Below are positions 19,804-28,831 of a stretch of DNA of 64,000 nt, one piece after another. Numbering within the stretch: the first letter of the stretch is position 1; every line of letters begins with the position of its first letter. A program made the position numbers and the translations under genes. Origin of the DNA: Spirochaetales bacterium (GTDB taxonomy: Bacteria > Spirochaetota > Spirochaetia > JABEVK01); the NCBI GenBank assembly GCA_027451945.1, contig DAIDHT010000018.1:499-64498 (forward strand), in the 5' to 3' direction. The notes under the pieces are model-generated. The model ran no database searches and was not told the origin of the DNA. It saw only the letters and a list, made by a program, of their open reading frames with translations.

Positions 19804-20614
19804 GCTAGAGGCCCAAACCGTACACGCCGGTTCACTCGCCGAGGTCCAAGCTCGCGCCCAGCGCGAACACAAGCCGGTGGCCCTCTATTTTTCTGGGGGA
19901 GCCTGGTGCCAACCCGCCCTTCGCCTCAAAGCCGAGGTTTTTGACAGCTCAGAGTTTTCTACGGCCACCCAGGATGTTCTTTGGTTTACCCTTGAGTTCC
20001 CCCAGCAAGAAGACCAGGCTTCTGCGCAAGACTTGGCCCTCGCCGCCCGTTATGGGGTTACCACTTTGCCCCAGGTTGTACTCACAACCCCCACAGGGTT
20101 GCCCTTCGCCCGTTTGTCCGGTTACAAAACGGGGGGTGCACAGACTTACTTGGCCGATATCAAGGCCCTTTTGCCTCAACAGGAACGTCTTGAGGCCCTG
20201 CAAAAAGCGGGAACAACGGTAAAAGCCCTCGACGCCCTGTACCGGGAAGCCGAGCGGGATGACGTCGCCCAAACCAGCGCTTTTGCCGGCATCCCCCAAG
20301 AAATCTCGCACCTTGACCCCGGATCTGGCGGCCTCGGCGACCGTTACCGGCTGTTGGACAAATACAACGCTCTTATAGAATCGTGGTCAGGACCGGTAAA
20401 CTGGCAAGACGCGGCCAACAAACTCACGAAGTTAGCGGCGCGAGCCCAAGCCTACCCGCATTTACAGCAAACGATCTTGGTCACGTTGGGTAGCCTTTAC
20501 TTTGACGCTCTTCATGAAGAAGACCTGGCCAAAAGCACGTTAGTGCAAGCTTTAGCCCTAGGGGATACCCCCGAGGCTCACCAGGCGCGGCGTCTGCTTG
20601 ACCGTCTTCCCTAA
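19742..20614 (+). CDS. Secreted thioredoxin-like fold protein
   Basis: Signal peptide MARAIVLLTALTLLCL. Trx-like core with WCQP in place of CxxC (ALYFSGGAWCQPALRLKAEVF). The start overlaps the ilvY 3' end by ~60 nt. Confidence 0.45.
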   Translation: MARAIVLLTALTLLCLTPLPRLEAQTVHAGSLAEVQARAQREHKPVALYFSGGAWCQPALRLKAEVFDSSEFSTATQDVLWFTLEFPQQEDQASAQDLALAARYGVTTLPQVVLTTPTGLPFARLSGYKTGGAQTYLADIKALLPQQERLEALQKAGTTVKALDALYREAERDDVAQTSAFAGIPQEISHLDPGSGGLGDRYRLLDKYNALIESWSGPVNWQDAANKLTKLAARAQAYPHLQQTILVTLGSLYFDALHEEDLAKSTLVQALALGDTPEAHQARRLLDRLP

Positions 20615-20638
20615 AAACCCAACAGATAAGGACTACCC

Positions 20639-21316
20639 ATGACAGAACCAGAAAGACCTAGCGAAGCCGTTCTCGACAAAGTTCGCAAGTTGCTCGCCCT
20701 GGGAGCCTCGCCCAGCGAAGCCGAAGCGACCGCCGCCGTCGAAAAGGCCCGTGTTCTGTTAGCCCGCTGGGGCATGACGCTCTCGGATATTGAAAAAGAA
20801 AAACTTTCCACGCTCGAAGAAACGCTTCTTGAAAAGAAAAGGCTAAGACCCTGGGAATTGGATCTCATTAGTGTGGTCTGTCAGGCAAGCTTTACGAAGG
20901 CCCTCAGGAGCAACGGTCGAATTCTCATCATTGGACGCCAGGTCAACGTCGCTAGCGCCCAGGCCTTGTTTTCGTACCTTCACCCGCTCTTGGTGTTTTT
21001 GGGGCGGGTCTATAACAGGCCCACGCTTCACGTTGAAAGCTTTAGGCGCGGAGTGGTCAATCGACTCTGGCAAAGGCTGAAAGAAACCCTAGCGGAAACC
21101 TCGGACGGTTCCAACTCAGGTACGCCACAAGCGCAGGAGGAACGGGCTTTGGTTGTCCAGATGGAACAGGTGACCGAGCGCGAAAATGCCGCCCACCTGG
21201 CAGCAAAGCACGGCCCTACCAAAACGGTCAGAACCAAACAAAGGGTACACGGTGAATCTTTTCAACGGGGAAAGGTTGTGGGCGACACGATCTCACTCAA
21301 TCGCCAGTTGGACTAA
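20639..21316 (+). CDS. DUF2786-family protein
   Basis: N-terminal motif VLDKVRKLLALGASPSEAEATAAVEKARVLL, typical of DUF2786. Confidence 0.5.
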   Translation: MTEPERPSEAVLDKVRKLLALGASPSEAEATAAVEKARVLLARWGMTLSDIEKEKLSTLEETLLEKKRLRPWELDLISVVCQASFTKALRSNGRILIIGRQVNVASAQALFSYLHPLLVFLGRVYNRPTLHVESFRRGVVNRLWQRLKETLAETSDGSNSGTPQAQEERALVVQMEQVTERENAAHLAAKHGPTKTVRTKQRVHGESFQRGKVVGDTISLNRQLD

Positions 21317-21358
21317 CCTTTACCTCAGGGGCTAGCTACAGGGTCGACGAGCAGCCGT

Positions 21359-23194
21359 CTACCAGCCGTTCACCACTTCAAGGGCGGTGCGGACGTTACC
21401 AAAGGGGGGGCTGACTTGAAGTCCCTGGACACGGTGACGCAGGCGTTGGATGATCTCACGGCTGATGGCGATACCATCACTGCGGGCAGCGTCCTTGTCG
21501 GTGTGCCGCTCCATGCGTGTCAGAATCGAGGGCGGAATCACCACGCCTGGCACCTCGCTGGCCAAGAACACGGCGTTACGGTAGCTGGCTAGAGGCCAAA
21601 CGCCGAGAATAACGGGTTTGCCCAGCTTTTGAAGCTCGTCGAGAAACCGTTCAAGCTGATCGACGTCCCAAACCGGTTGGGTAACAAAGTATTCCGTGCC
21701 TGCCTCGGCCTTGAGCTTGGCTCGTTCCAGTTCTTTTTCAGGAACAGGAAAGGCTGGGTTCACGCCAGTACCGTGAACAAAAGAGGTCACCGAGGGGAGC
21801 TCATCGCCCCCCATGTCCACACCGGCATTGAACCGACGAACAATGCGAGTTAAACCGACGGCATCGGTATCAAAGACTCCCGTCACGTTGGGGTACTTGC
21901 CAACCTTGGGCGGGTCGCCCGTGACCAAAAGGACGTTGCGAAGCCCGGCGGCGTGGTAACCAAACAAATCGCCCTGAAGACCAATCAGGTTCTTGTCGCG
22001 GCAGGCCATATGAAGAACACTCTCCATCCCTGTGGCGCGAGCCACTTCAACGGCCGCGACTAACGCCGACAGTCGGGCGCTGGCCCGAGGCCCATCGGGA
22101 AAGTTCACAAACTCAACCCCGCCATCCTTTAACGCACGAGCCTTTTCAAGAAGGCCCGATAGGTCAACGCCCAAGGGGGAAACTAGCTCAACCAAGTTCA
22201 CCCAGCGGCCCGTTGCCAACGCCTGCCCCAATTGCGAACGCTCTGCCAAAGGAACACCGGGCTTTTCGACGGCCGTAGCCACTGACGCCCACCGCACGGC
22301 CCGGCGGCCAGCATCAAAGGTTAAGACTGCCTGGGCCATCTTTTCGGTATGTTCGGGGGTTGTACCGCAGTCTCCGCCAACGACGAGGGCGCCGCCATCG
22401 ACATATAACTTGGCAAACTCGGCAAAATACTCGGGTGAGGTCAGGTAAAACTGCCGTCCGTCAATTTCTTTGGGGAACCCCGAGTCCGGCATAATCGCAA
22501 TCGGCTTGGTAACCGTTTTCTTTAAAACAGCCAGGACTTCGAGCGCTTCGGTGGGCCCCATGAGGTTCATCCCCACCGCGTCTACGTCGAGAGTCTCAAA
22601 AAAGGCAGCCCATGCCTCCGCTTCGGCTTTATAGGCTTCTGGGTCGGGCAAAAAGGTCCGCGCAAACGTAAATTGTGCCTGAATAGGAACTTCAGGCGCC
22701 AAGCGTCTTGCCACTTCAACGGCTAGGGCCAGTTCCCGGCGGTTCGAGAAAGTTTCTAACAGCAAGAGGTCTACTCCCGAGCGCACCAGGGCCCCCAGGT
22801 GGGCTTCAAACGACGCTCGCGCCTCTTCTTCCGACAGGGCGCCTTCGGGGGCAATCAGACGACCGGTGGGTCCCGCGCTCCCGGCGACGTACACGGTATC
22901 CCCTGCCGCCTCACGAGCTAACCTTACGGCTGCACGGTTGATCTGTTCCGTTTTGTCGGCTAACCCAAACCCTTTAAGCTTGAGCGGATTGGCGCCGTAG
23001 GTATTGGTTTCAATCGCTTGCGCACCACAGCTGATGTACTCGCGATGAACGTCGAGCACCATCTGCGGATTGGTCAGGCATACCTCCTCGAAACACTTCT
23101 TGAGGTAAACGCCTTTGCTGAAAAGATAGGTGGCCATCGCGCCGTCAAAAACCAGGACGCCGTCCCGGAGCCGCTCGGGGTAAGGTTTAAGCAT
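21359..23194 (-). CDS. Bifunctional homocysteine S-methyltransferase / 5,10-methylenetetrahydrofolate reductase (YitJ-type)
   Basis: N-terminal Hcy-binding domain (VLVFDGAMATYLF...ETNTYGANP...GGDCGTTPEH) fused to a C-terminal MetF/MTHFR domain (PVILGVWPLASYRNAVFLASEVPGVVIP). Confidence 0.85.
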   Translation of the reverse strand: MLKPYPERLRDGVLVFDGAMATYLFSKGVYLKKCFEEVCLTNPQMVLDVHREYISCGAQAIETNTYGANPLKLKGFGLADKTEQINRAAVRLAREAAGDTVYVAGSAGPTGRLIAPEGALSEEEARASFEAHLGALVRSGVDLLLLETFSNRRELALAVEVARRLAPEVPIQAQFTFARTFLPDPEAYKAEAEAWAAFFETLDVDAVGMNLMGPTEALEVLAVLKKTVTKPIAIMPDSGFPKEIDGRQFYLTSPEYFAEFAKLYVDGGALVVGGDCGTTPEHTEKMAQAVLTFDAGRRAVRWASVATAVEKPGVPLAERSQLGQALATGRWVNLVELVSPLGVDLSGLLEKARALKDGGVEFVNFPDGPRASARLSALVAAVEVARATGMESVLHMACRDKNLIGLQGDLFGYHAAGLRNVLLVTGDPPKVGKYPNVTGVFDTDAVGLTRIVRRFNAGVDMGGDELPSVTSFVHGTGVNPAFPVPEKELERAKLKAEAGTEYFVTQPVWDVDQLERFLDELQKLGKPVILGVWPLASYRNAVFLASEVPGVVIPPSILTRMERHTDKDAARSDGIAISREIIQRLRHRVQGLQVSPPFGNVRTALEVVNGW

Positions 23195-23261
23195 AGCTGG
23201 TTTTATGACGAATTGGCCCCCGGGAGCAAGTCCGCGGCTTGGACTTAGGCTTCCGGTAGCG

Positions 23262-25313
23262 TTAGGCTTCCTCCAACTTTAAGCTCTGGCAGGCCTGGAT
23301 GTACGCCGCCGCCGACCAGGCCTGGAAGCGTTTTCCCATAGGCATTCCCGTCCGTCCGTGCACCCACTCGTTGAACTCCCAAGGACTGACTTTGCCTTGA
23401 CGGTTGAGCTGTGCCAATTTGACAAGTTCCTTGCAAGCAACGTCGTACAACCCCAACTTTTGAATGAACAACACCCAGTAGCCGCCAATGAACGGCCAAA
23501 TGCCGCCGTTGTGATAATGATGAGGTAAGTTCAGCAAATTGACCGTGTAATAGGGTTTCCAGTCGGGGTCGCCGTATTGCACAGGAGGGTAGAGGTTGGT
23601 TACCGGCCAGGGCGAGTTGACCCCCACTCCCCACAAAAACTTAAAGACAACCTTAGCTTGCTCAATATCAATGACATTAAAATGAAAGGCTAAGAGGTTG
23701 CCCAAAACGTCGCAGCGCCAGTTAAAGCCAAATGGCGAAAGCTCGGCTAAAAGGTAAGAGGTATCCCCCAACGAAAATTGCCGGTCGGCAAAGGTTTGGT
23801 CAAAAGGAACGTCCGAAGGAGCTGTGCGCGGCCAAAACGACGCTAAAATCTTGTAGCGAATTTTCTGGGCGCTCTGCAGGTACTTCGAGGATAACTCTGT
23901 TTCGCCCGCTAGTTCCAACAACCGGCTGTAGGCAACATGGACGCGGTACCAGAGCACTTCATCGTAAAGGACGTGGTAACTTCGTCCAAACAGATCTGTC
24001 CAATCCCCGGCCTCGGGAACTTCTAACAGCCCATCGAGATTGGCGTCCTGGGCCTCAAGAAAGCGCATGACATGTTTCAGGGTATCGCGGTAGCGTTTCC
24101 AAAGATCCCAGTCTTGTGTCTTGGTCACGTAGGCCGAAAAAGCGATGACGGCCCAGAGCCCTGCATCAATGGCGCAGATGCCTCCTACCCCGCCATAATC
24201 CGCCTCGCGCGTGTCGACCCTGACGTTGGCCGGGGTGTGTCCGCTGGGGGTAACGTGATCAAACAAGGTGACCAAGGTGGCTCGTTGGGCCGCGCGAATT
24301 TCAGGGTCCTCTAAGTCCAAAGTCAGAACAAGGGTGATCGCGCCGTCACGGGCCCATACCGAGCGGTAGTTGACATCTGTTCCGACCACGTCATTGTCCG
24401 CCAGCGAACACGCCGTGAACCCCAGAGGGGTGATGTTGCGTTTCAGGGCGATCAACGCTTGTTCATAGCCCTCCAGAATTAGGCTTCGTTCCTCCGAGGT
24501 AAGATCCCCGAAAGCATCCTGACTGAACAGCATGCGCAGCGTGGCATCGCCCCCCGGCGTCGCCTGTGGTTGAGGCGCTTCAGGCAGAACACCAAAATGG
24601 TGCAGACCTTCGAGCACCCCTTCGGCGTGGGCTTTGCTCGCCATAAACGCGGGGATAGGGACGACCGCTTCAAGCAATTCCGGAAGGGCGTTTTCAACAA
24701 CGATACGGTTCACGTCCGGCAACAAAAACATATTCGTGTCGTTGCCAGAATCGCCAGCCACAGCCACATCGCTCAAGGGGAGATCTAACCACGAGGCCAA
24801 CCACCTCAGTGACGCTCCCTTACCCGCTTCACGCGGCACAATATCAAGGTCACGTTGGCTGGAATAGATAAGCTTTACCTCCAGGCCCTCACGCTCCAAA
24901 CGGTCTCGGATGCCCTGAATTACTTCGACGGAAGCATTAGGTAAAAACCAGCTGGACTTATACGCCTGCAAGAATTTGGCCGGTTGACGCGAAGCCCCCG
25001 GAACCAGTCGCATAATTTGGTCAATCTTGTTCCAATCCCAGGTCGAGTTAAACTGGGCGGTAAATTCACGGACGGGACGCTTTTTTCGGCCATCGTAAAT
25101 CTGGGTTCCCACCCCTCCTATAATAAAATCCGGCCAGGGAAGAGTTCCTCGCGACAAGAGGTCGACGACATCCTGGACAAGCCGGCCCGAGTTGTAGCAC
25201 AACAGCGGGCGGTGAAGACTATCTAAGTGACGCCAGGTATCCCGAAAGCGGATCAAGGCTTCGTCGTTCCCCAACAGGGTACCATCAAGGTCAGAGCAAA
25301 ATAAACGAACCAC
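23262..25313 (-). CDS. Fusion protein: N-terminal sucrose-phosphate-phosphatase-type HAD domain plus C-terminal (alpha/alpha)6 glycosidase domain (GH100 neutral-invertase / GH63-like)
   Basis: HAD motif I (LFCSDLDGTLLGN) and motifs III/IV (GDSGND). About 420 C-terminal residues have a six-hairpin glycosidase-like pattern (NYRSVWARDG..., GDWTDLFGR, NGGIWPFIGGYW). Confidence 0.65.
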   Translation of the reverse strand: MVRLFCSDLDGTLLGNDEALIRFRDTWRHLDSLHRPLLCYNSGRLVQDVVDLLSRGTLPWPDFIIGGVGTQIYDGRKKRPVREFTAQFNSTWDWNKIDQIMRLVPGASRQPAKFLQAYKSSWFLPNASVEVIQGIRDRLEREGLEVKLIYSSQRDLDIVPREAGKGASLRWLASWLDLPLSDVAVAGDSGNDTNMFLLPDVNRIVVENALPELLEAVVPIPAFMASKAHAEGVLEGLHHFGVLPEAPQPQATPGGDATLRMLFSQDAFGDLTSEERSLILEGYEQALIALKRNITPLGFTACSLADNDVVGTDVNYRSVWARDGAITLVLTLDLEDPEIRAAQRATLVTLFDHVTPSGHTPANVRVDTREADYGGVGGICAIDAGLWAVIAFSAYVTKTQDWDLWKRYRDTLKHVMRFLEAQDANLDGLLEVPEAGDWTDLFGRSYHVLYDEVLWYRVHVAYSRLLELAGETELSSKYLQSAQKIRYKILASFWPRTAPSDVPFDQTFADRQFSLGDTSYLLAELSPFGFNWRCDVLGNLLAFHFNVIDIEQAKVVFKFLWGVGVNSPWPVTNLYPPVQYGDPDWKPYYTVNLLNLPHHYHNGGIWPFIGGYWVLFIQKLGLYDVACKELVKLAQLNRQGKVSPWEFNEWVHGRTGMPMGKRFQAWSAAAYIQACQSLKLEEA

Positions 25314-25316
25314 GAT

Positions 25317-26657
25317 TCAGCCTTCCTCCACCCAAGGGTCTGCCCAGTGATCATCTTCAAACTCTGGGGCCGTGGACGGCTTTTCAATTTGTAAAATTAA
25401 CTGCTGGGCTATGCCGGTCCAGGTAAATAAACCCCGCATTCGATGCGCCCCCATCATGGACAACCGATTCCGCATCCGTTCATGCTGAAAGATCTTGGTC
25501 ATGGTAATTCCAAAGTCCAACGGGTCAAAAGGGTCGGCGAATAAGGCGTGACGTCCAAACGAGAGGGCCCGGAACAGCCCGCCCTTGGTGGTAACCACCG
25601 TTGGAGTCCCACACGCCATGGCCTCGACGGCGGTCATCCCAAACGGCTCATACCGGCTGGACAGAGCAAAGAGGTCGGCAGCGCGGTAATAGTCGGGCAG
25701 GTCGTTGTCCGGGATAAAGTTCCCAAAGTCGACACGGTCACTAAGGCCTAGCCGCGCTGTTTGCGCCTTGAGTTCTTGTAAAAGCTCTTGTTCCGAGGGG
25801 CTAATACTTTCGCCGCCAACCGCCAGTAAAAGCCTCGCATCGGGAATGCGCTCTGCGACAATGGCAAAGGCGTCAATCAACAAGTCATAACCTTTATTGC
25901 GGGCTAAGCGACCCAGAGCTAACACTGTTCGCCCCTTAAAGCCTAGACTTTCACGCAGAGCCCTGCGGCTGGCTTCGCTAATGGGGTAAAAACGCCGGTC
26001 ATCGTAGCCTGGGGGAATCATCCTGAGCTTCTCGGCTTTGACCTCGTAGTCATGCGAAATCAAATAGTACTGCTGGGGAGTGGTCGCCACCACCAGCTGA
26101 GCCTGCTTCATCAGGCGTTTTTCTTCAGAAATACGGCGAGTAAAATTGTACTGTTCCTCGAAGTTGTCTTGGTCGCCAGGAAAATCCTGCTCCATTTGCG
26201 CTTTCTTCCAAGTCCCCAAAGAGTGCGGTGTAAAGACCAGAGGGGCTCCCAGCTCCCGAGACAAAAGCTCTCCCGCTACGCCAGCGTCCCAGTAATGGCA
26301 ATTCAGGAACTGGTATTTAAGACCGTGCTTGTGAATGAAGGACGAGGTGTTCCTAACCCATTCGTCTAACGAGTCGGCAAGGTACTCTTTGGGGATAAAA
26401 TCAGGGCCGCCGCAGGGTGAACGCAGAACCCGCACCCGGTCGTTGACAGGTTCCCAAGCGGGCTGACCTTCAAACTGGCGGGTCCAAATATCCACCTCGT
26501 AGCCAAGATCAGCCAGCTTTTTGGACAGCTCCAGGACGTAAACAACCTGCCCTCCGGTGTCACGGGCCCCCAAAGGGGGGACTGCCGCCACGTAGCCATG
26601 AGTCGATATCATGGCGATCCGGGGACGGGTGCGATGGGGGATAAAATGTGTTTCCAT
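25317..26657 (-). CDS. Sucrose-phosphate synthase-like GT4 glycosyltransferase
   Basis: SPS-type N-terminus (RIAMISTHGYVAAVPPLGARDTGGQVVYVLELSKKLADLGYEVDIWTR). GT4 C-terminal E-x7-E region. Stop lies 3 nt from the downstream HAD gene start. Confidence 0.75.
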   Translation of the reverse strand: METHFIPHRTRPRIAMISTHGYVAAVPPLGARDTGGQVVYVLELSKKLADLGYEVDIWTRQFEGQPAWEPVNDRVRVLRSPCGGPDFIPKEYLADSLDEWVRNTSSFIHKHGLKYQFLNCHYWDAGVAGELLSRELGAPLVFTPHSLGTWKKAQMEQDFPGDQDNFEEQYNFTRRISEEKRLMKQAQLVVATTPQQYYLISHDYEVKAEKLRMIPPGYDDRRFYPISEASRRALRESLGFKGRTVLALGRLARNKGYDLLIDAFAIVAERIPDARLLLAVGGESISPSEQELLQELKAQTARLGLSDRVDFGNFIPDNDLPDYYRAADLFALSSRYEPFGMTAVEAMACGTPTVVTTKGGLFRALSFGRHALFADPFDPLDFGITMTKIFQHERMRNRLSMMGAHRMRGLFTWTGIAQQLILQIEKPSTAPEFEDDHWADPWVEEG

Positions 26658-26710
26658 AGGTTAAACCTAGTAATATCCCGGCGCTTTGTCAGGCTTTTTT
26701 GAAAAAAAGA

Positions 26711-26734
26711 CCAAAATTTCCGTCAAAATTTCCG
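26711..26734 (+). repeat. Tandem 12-bp direct repeat (C/T)CAAAATTTCCG x2 in the divergent promoter region between the sucrose operon and hemH
   Basis: ccaaaatttccg tcaaaatttccg, read directly from the sequence. Confidence 0.6.
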
Positions 26735-26774
26735 CTACCCGGGCCGGGCCGTCTCTTGTATATTGAAGCCACCC

Positions 26775-27809
26775 ATGAGTAATTCCCTTCCGTATGATGG
26801 ACTTTTGTATGTGTCCTTTGGTGGCCCCGAGGGCCCCGAGGACGTTCTTCCGTTTCTGCGCAACGTGACCCGGGGCCGGGGGGTTCCCGAAGAGCGGCTG
26901 GCAGAAGTCGCTCACCACTACGATTTATTTCACGGAAAAAGCCCCCTCAATGACCAGAACCGCGCCGTGATCGCCGCCTTACAACAAGAGTTTGCCCGAC
27001 GGGGGCTTGATCTCCCCATTTGGTTCGGAAACCGCAATTGGCATCCTTTTCTGACCGAAACCCTTGCGGGTATCAAGGCCCAGAAGCTTTTAGCTTTTGT
27101 CACCTCGGCTTTCAGCAGTTACAGTGGTTGTCGACAGTACCGTGAAGATTTAGAACAAGCGCGCCAAGCCGTACCTGGCTCTCCCTCCGTCGATAAGCTT
27201 CGTGTTTTTTACAATCACCCGGGGTTTTTGACAGCGGCAACCGAACGTATTCAAGAAGCCCTAGAGGCCTGGCCGCCGGAGGAACGCTCAGACGTCGAGC
27301 TGATTTTTACCGCCCATAGCATTCCTGTCTCGATGGCCCGTCATTCCGACTACGAAGCACAGCTAAACGACGCTGGCGACCTCATCGCGAACCGACTGGG
27401 CCACCCCCGGTGGAGGCTGGCGTTTCAAAGCCGAAGTGGCCCCCCGCAGGTTCCCTGGCTCGGGCCCGATATCCTTGAGGTTTTACGTGACCTGGCACCT
27501 GAGACCCGTGTTGTCATCATGCCTTTGGGCTTTCTTAACGACCACCTTGAAGTCTTGTACGATTTGGATGTCGAGGCACGTCAGCTGGCAACCGAATTAA
27601 AACTCGACCTGAGACGCGCTGGCACCGTAGGCTGTCACCCGGCTTTTATCGGTGCCATTGCCGACTTGGTGCAAGAACGCCTCGACCCCACTAGGCCAAA
27701 ACTTGCCGAAGGAAAAAGGGGCCCCAAAGAAGATACCTGCCCCGAAACCTGTTGTTTAAACCCCGTAACGGCCCGTCCAGGCCGCACTGCCCCCCAGGAG
27801 ACTCCATGA
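26775..27809 (+). CDS. hemH: Ferrochelatase (probably coproporphyrin ferrochelatase type, given the cluster)
   Basis: LLYVSFGGPEGPEDVLPFLRNV N-terminus. HemH core with conserved His (FTAHSIP). The stop overlaps the hemE start (ATGA). Confidence 0.85.
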   Translation: MSNSLPYDGLLYVSFGGPEGPEDVLPFLRNVTRGRGVPEERLAEVAHHYDLFHGKSPLNDQNRAVIAALQQEFARRGLDLPIWFGNRNWHPFLTETLAGIKAQKLLAFVTSAFSSYSGCRQYREDLEQARQAVPGSPSVDKLRVFYNHPGFLTAATERIQEALEAWPPEERSDVELIFTAHSIPVSMARHSDYEAQLNDAGDLIANRLGHPRWRLAFQSRSGPPQVPWLGPDILEVLRDLAPETRVVIMPLGFLNDHLEVLYDLDVEARQLATELKLDLRRAGTVGCHPAFIGAIADLVQERLDPTRPKLAEGKRGPKEDTCPETCCLNPVTARPGRTAPQETP

Positions 27810-28831
27810 GCAACTTTCTTGCCGCATGTCGGCGACAACCGGTAACCCAAATTCCCGTTTGGTTTTTACGCCAGGCCGGGCGCTATATGGCCGCTTACCG
27901 CGAGGTTCGTTCGCGCTATTCTTTCCTCGAAATGGTTAAAAACCCCGAGGCGGCTTGCGAAGTTACCCTTCAGCCCGTTGAAGCCTTTGGCGTTGACGCC
28001 GCAATTATCTTTGCCGACATCCTACCTCCGCTAGAAACTCTGGGCTTTCAGCTGGAGTTTGTTCACGGGGAAGGCCCACTGATCCGTAACCCTCTTCGAG
28101 AAGCCGGCCAGGTGGCAAGGCTCAAAGACCCCGATCCGAAACACGATCTGGCGTTTACCTTTGAAGCTCTTCGTCTAGCCCGCCGTCGTTTAGAGTCTCG
28201 GGGAACGCCCCTGATTGGCTTTGCTGGCGCTCCCTTCACCCTGGCCTCTTACGCCATCGAAGGGGGAGGAAGCCGCGACAAAGCTCTCACGAAAACCTGG
28301 ATGCGTAGCAATCCCGACGCTTGGGCCCACTTTATGACCATCTTGGCCGATTTGACGGCGGCCTATCTGACCGAACAGGTGGCGGCAGGGGCCCAGGCAC
28401 TCCAGCTCTTTGACAGCTGGATCGGCGAGCTGTCACCTGGAGATTACCGCACCTATGTGCAACCGTATTCCCAACGGGTCTTAAACGCCCTCGCACCGTT
28501 GAACGTTCCCCTCATCCATTTCGGAACGGGAACGGCCGGGTTTCTCGAGAATCTGCGCGAGGCAGGTGGTCACGTCATTGGTTTAGACTGGCGCGTGGAT
28601 GCCCTCGAGGCTAGTCGTCGCTTAGGGGCGAATATTGCTGTGCAAGGGAACCTTGACCCCACGCTTTTGCTGGCTCCTTGGGAGGTACTTCGCGGCGAAG
28701 CCGATCGTCTGCTTGATCAGTTAGGCTCTCGTCCAGGATTTATCTTTAACGTTGGCCATGGCTTGTTGCCCACAACCCCCGAAGACCAAGTCGCCCGGCT
28801 CGTCGAGCATGTTCATGCCCATGTCGTCTGA
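27806..28831 (+). CDS. hemE: Uroporphyrinogen decarboxylase
   Basis: PVWFLRQAGRYMAAYRE ... signature. ATGA overlap with hemH. The 3' end overlaps the hemY start. Confidence 0.9.
   Translation: MSNFLAACRRQPVTQIPVWFLRQAGRYMAAYREVRSRYSFLEMVKNPEAACEVTLQPVEAFGVDAAIIFADILPPLETLGFQLEFVHGEGPLIRNPLREAGQVARLKDPDPKHDLAFTFEALRLARRRLESRGTPLIGFAGAPFTLASYAIEGGGSRDKALTKTWMRSNPDAWAHFMTILADLTAAYLTEQVAAGAQALQLFDSWIGELSPGDYRTYVQPYSQRVLNALAPLNVPLIHFGTGTAGFLENLREAGGHVIGLDWRVDALEASRRLGANIAVQGNLDPTLLLAPWEVLRGEADRLLDQLGSRPGFIFNVGHGLLPTTPEDQVARLVEHVHAHVV

Noticed and set aside
19941-20311. Overlapping 93-aa and 120-aa ORFs inside the thioredoxin-like gene, plus similar nested ORFs throughout (e.g. 23279..23634, 42644..43111, 43067..43690, 53978..54499)
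   Set aside because: They are nested in or antisense to well-supported genes, with Arg/Pro/Gly-rich compositions typical of out-of-frame translation of GC-rich DNA.
23195-23261. Possible S-box/SAM riboswitch upstream of the YitJ-type methionine gene
   Set aside because: The spacer is only 67 bp, and it lacks the conserved S-box helices. The gene is probably co-transcribed with the upstream sucrose genes.
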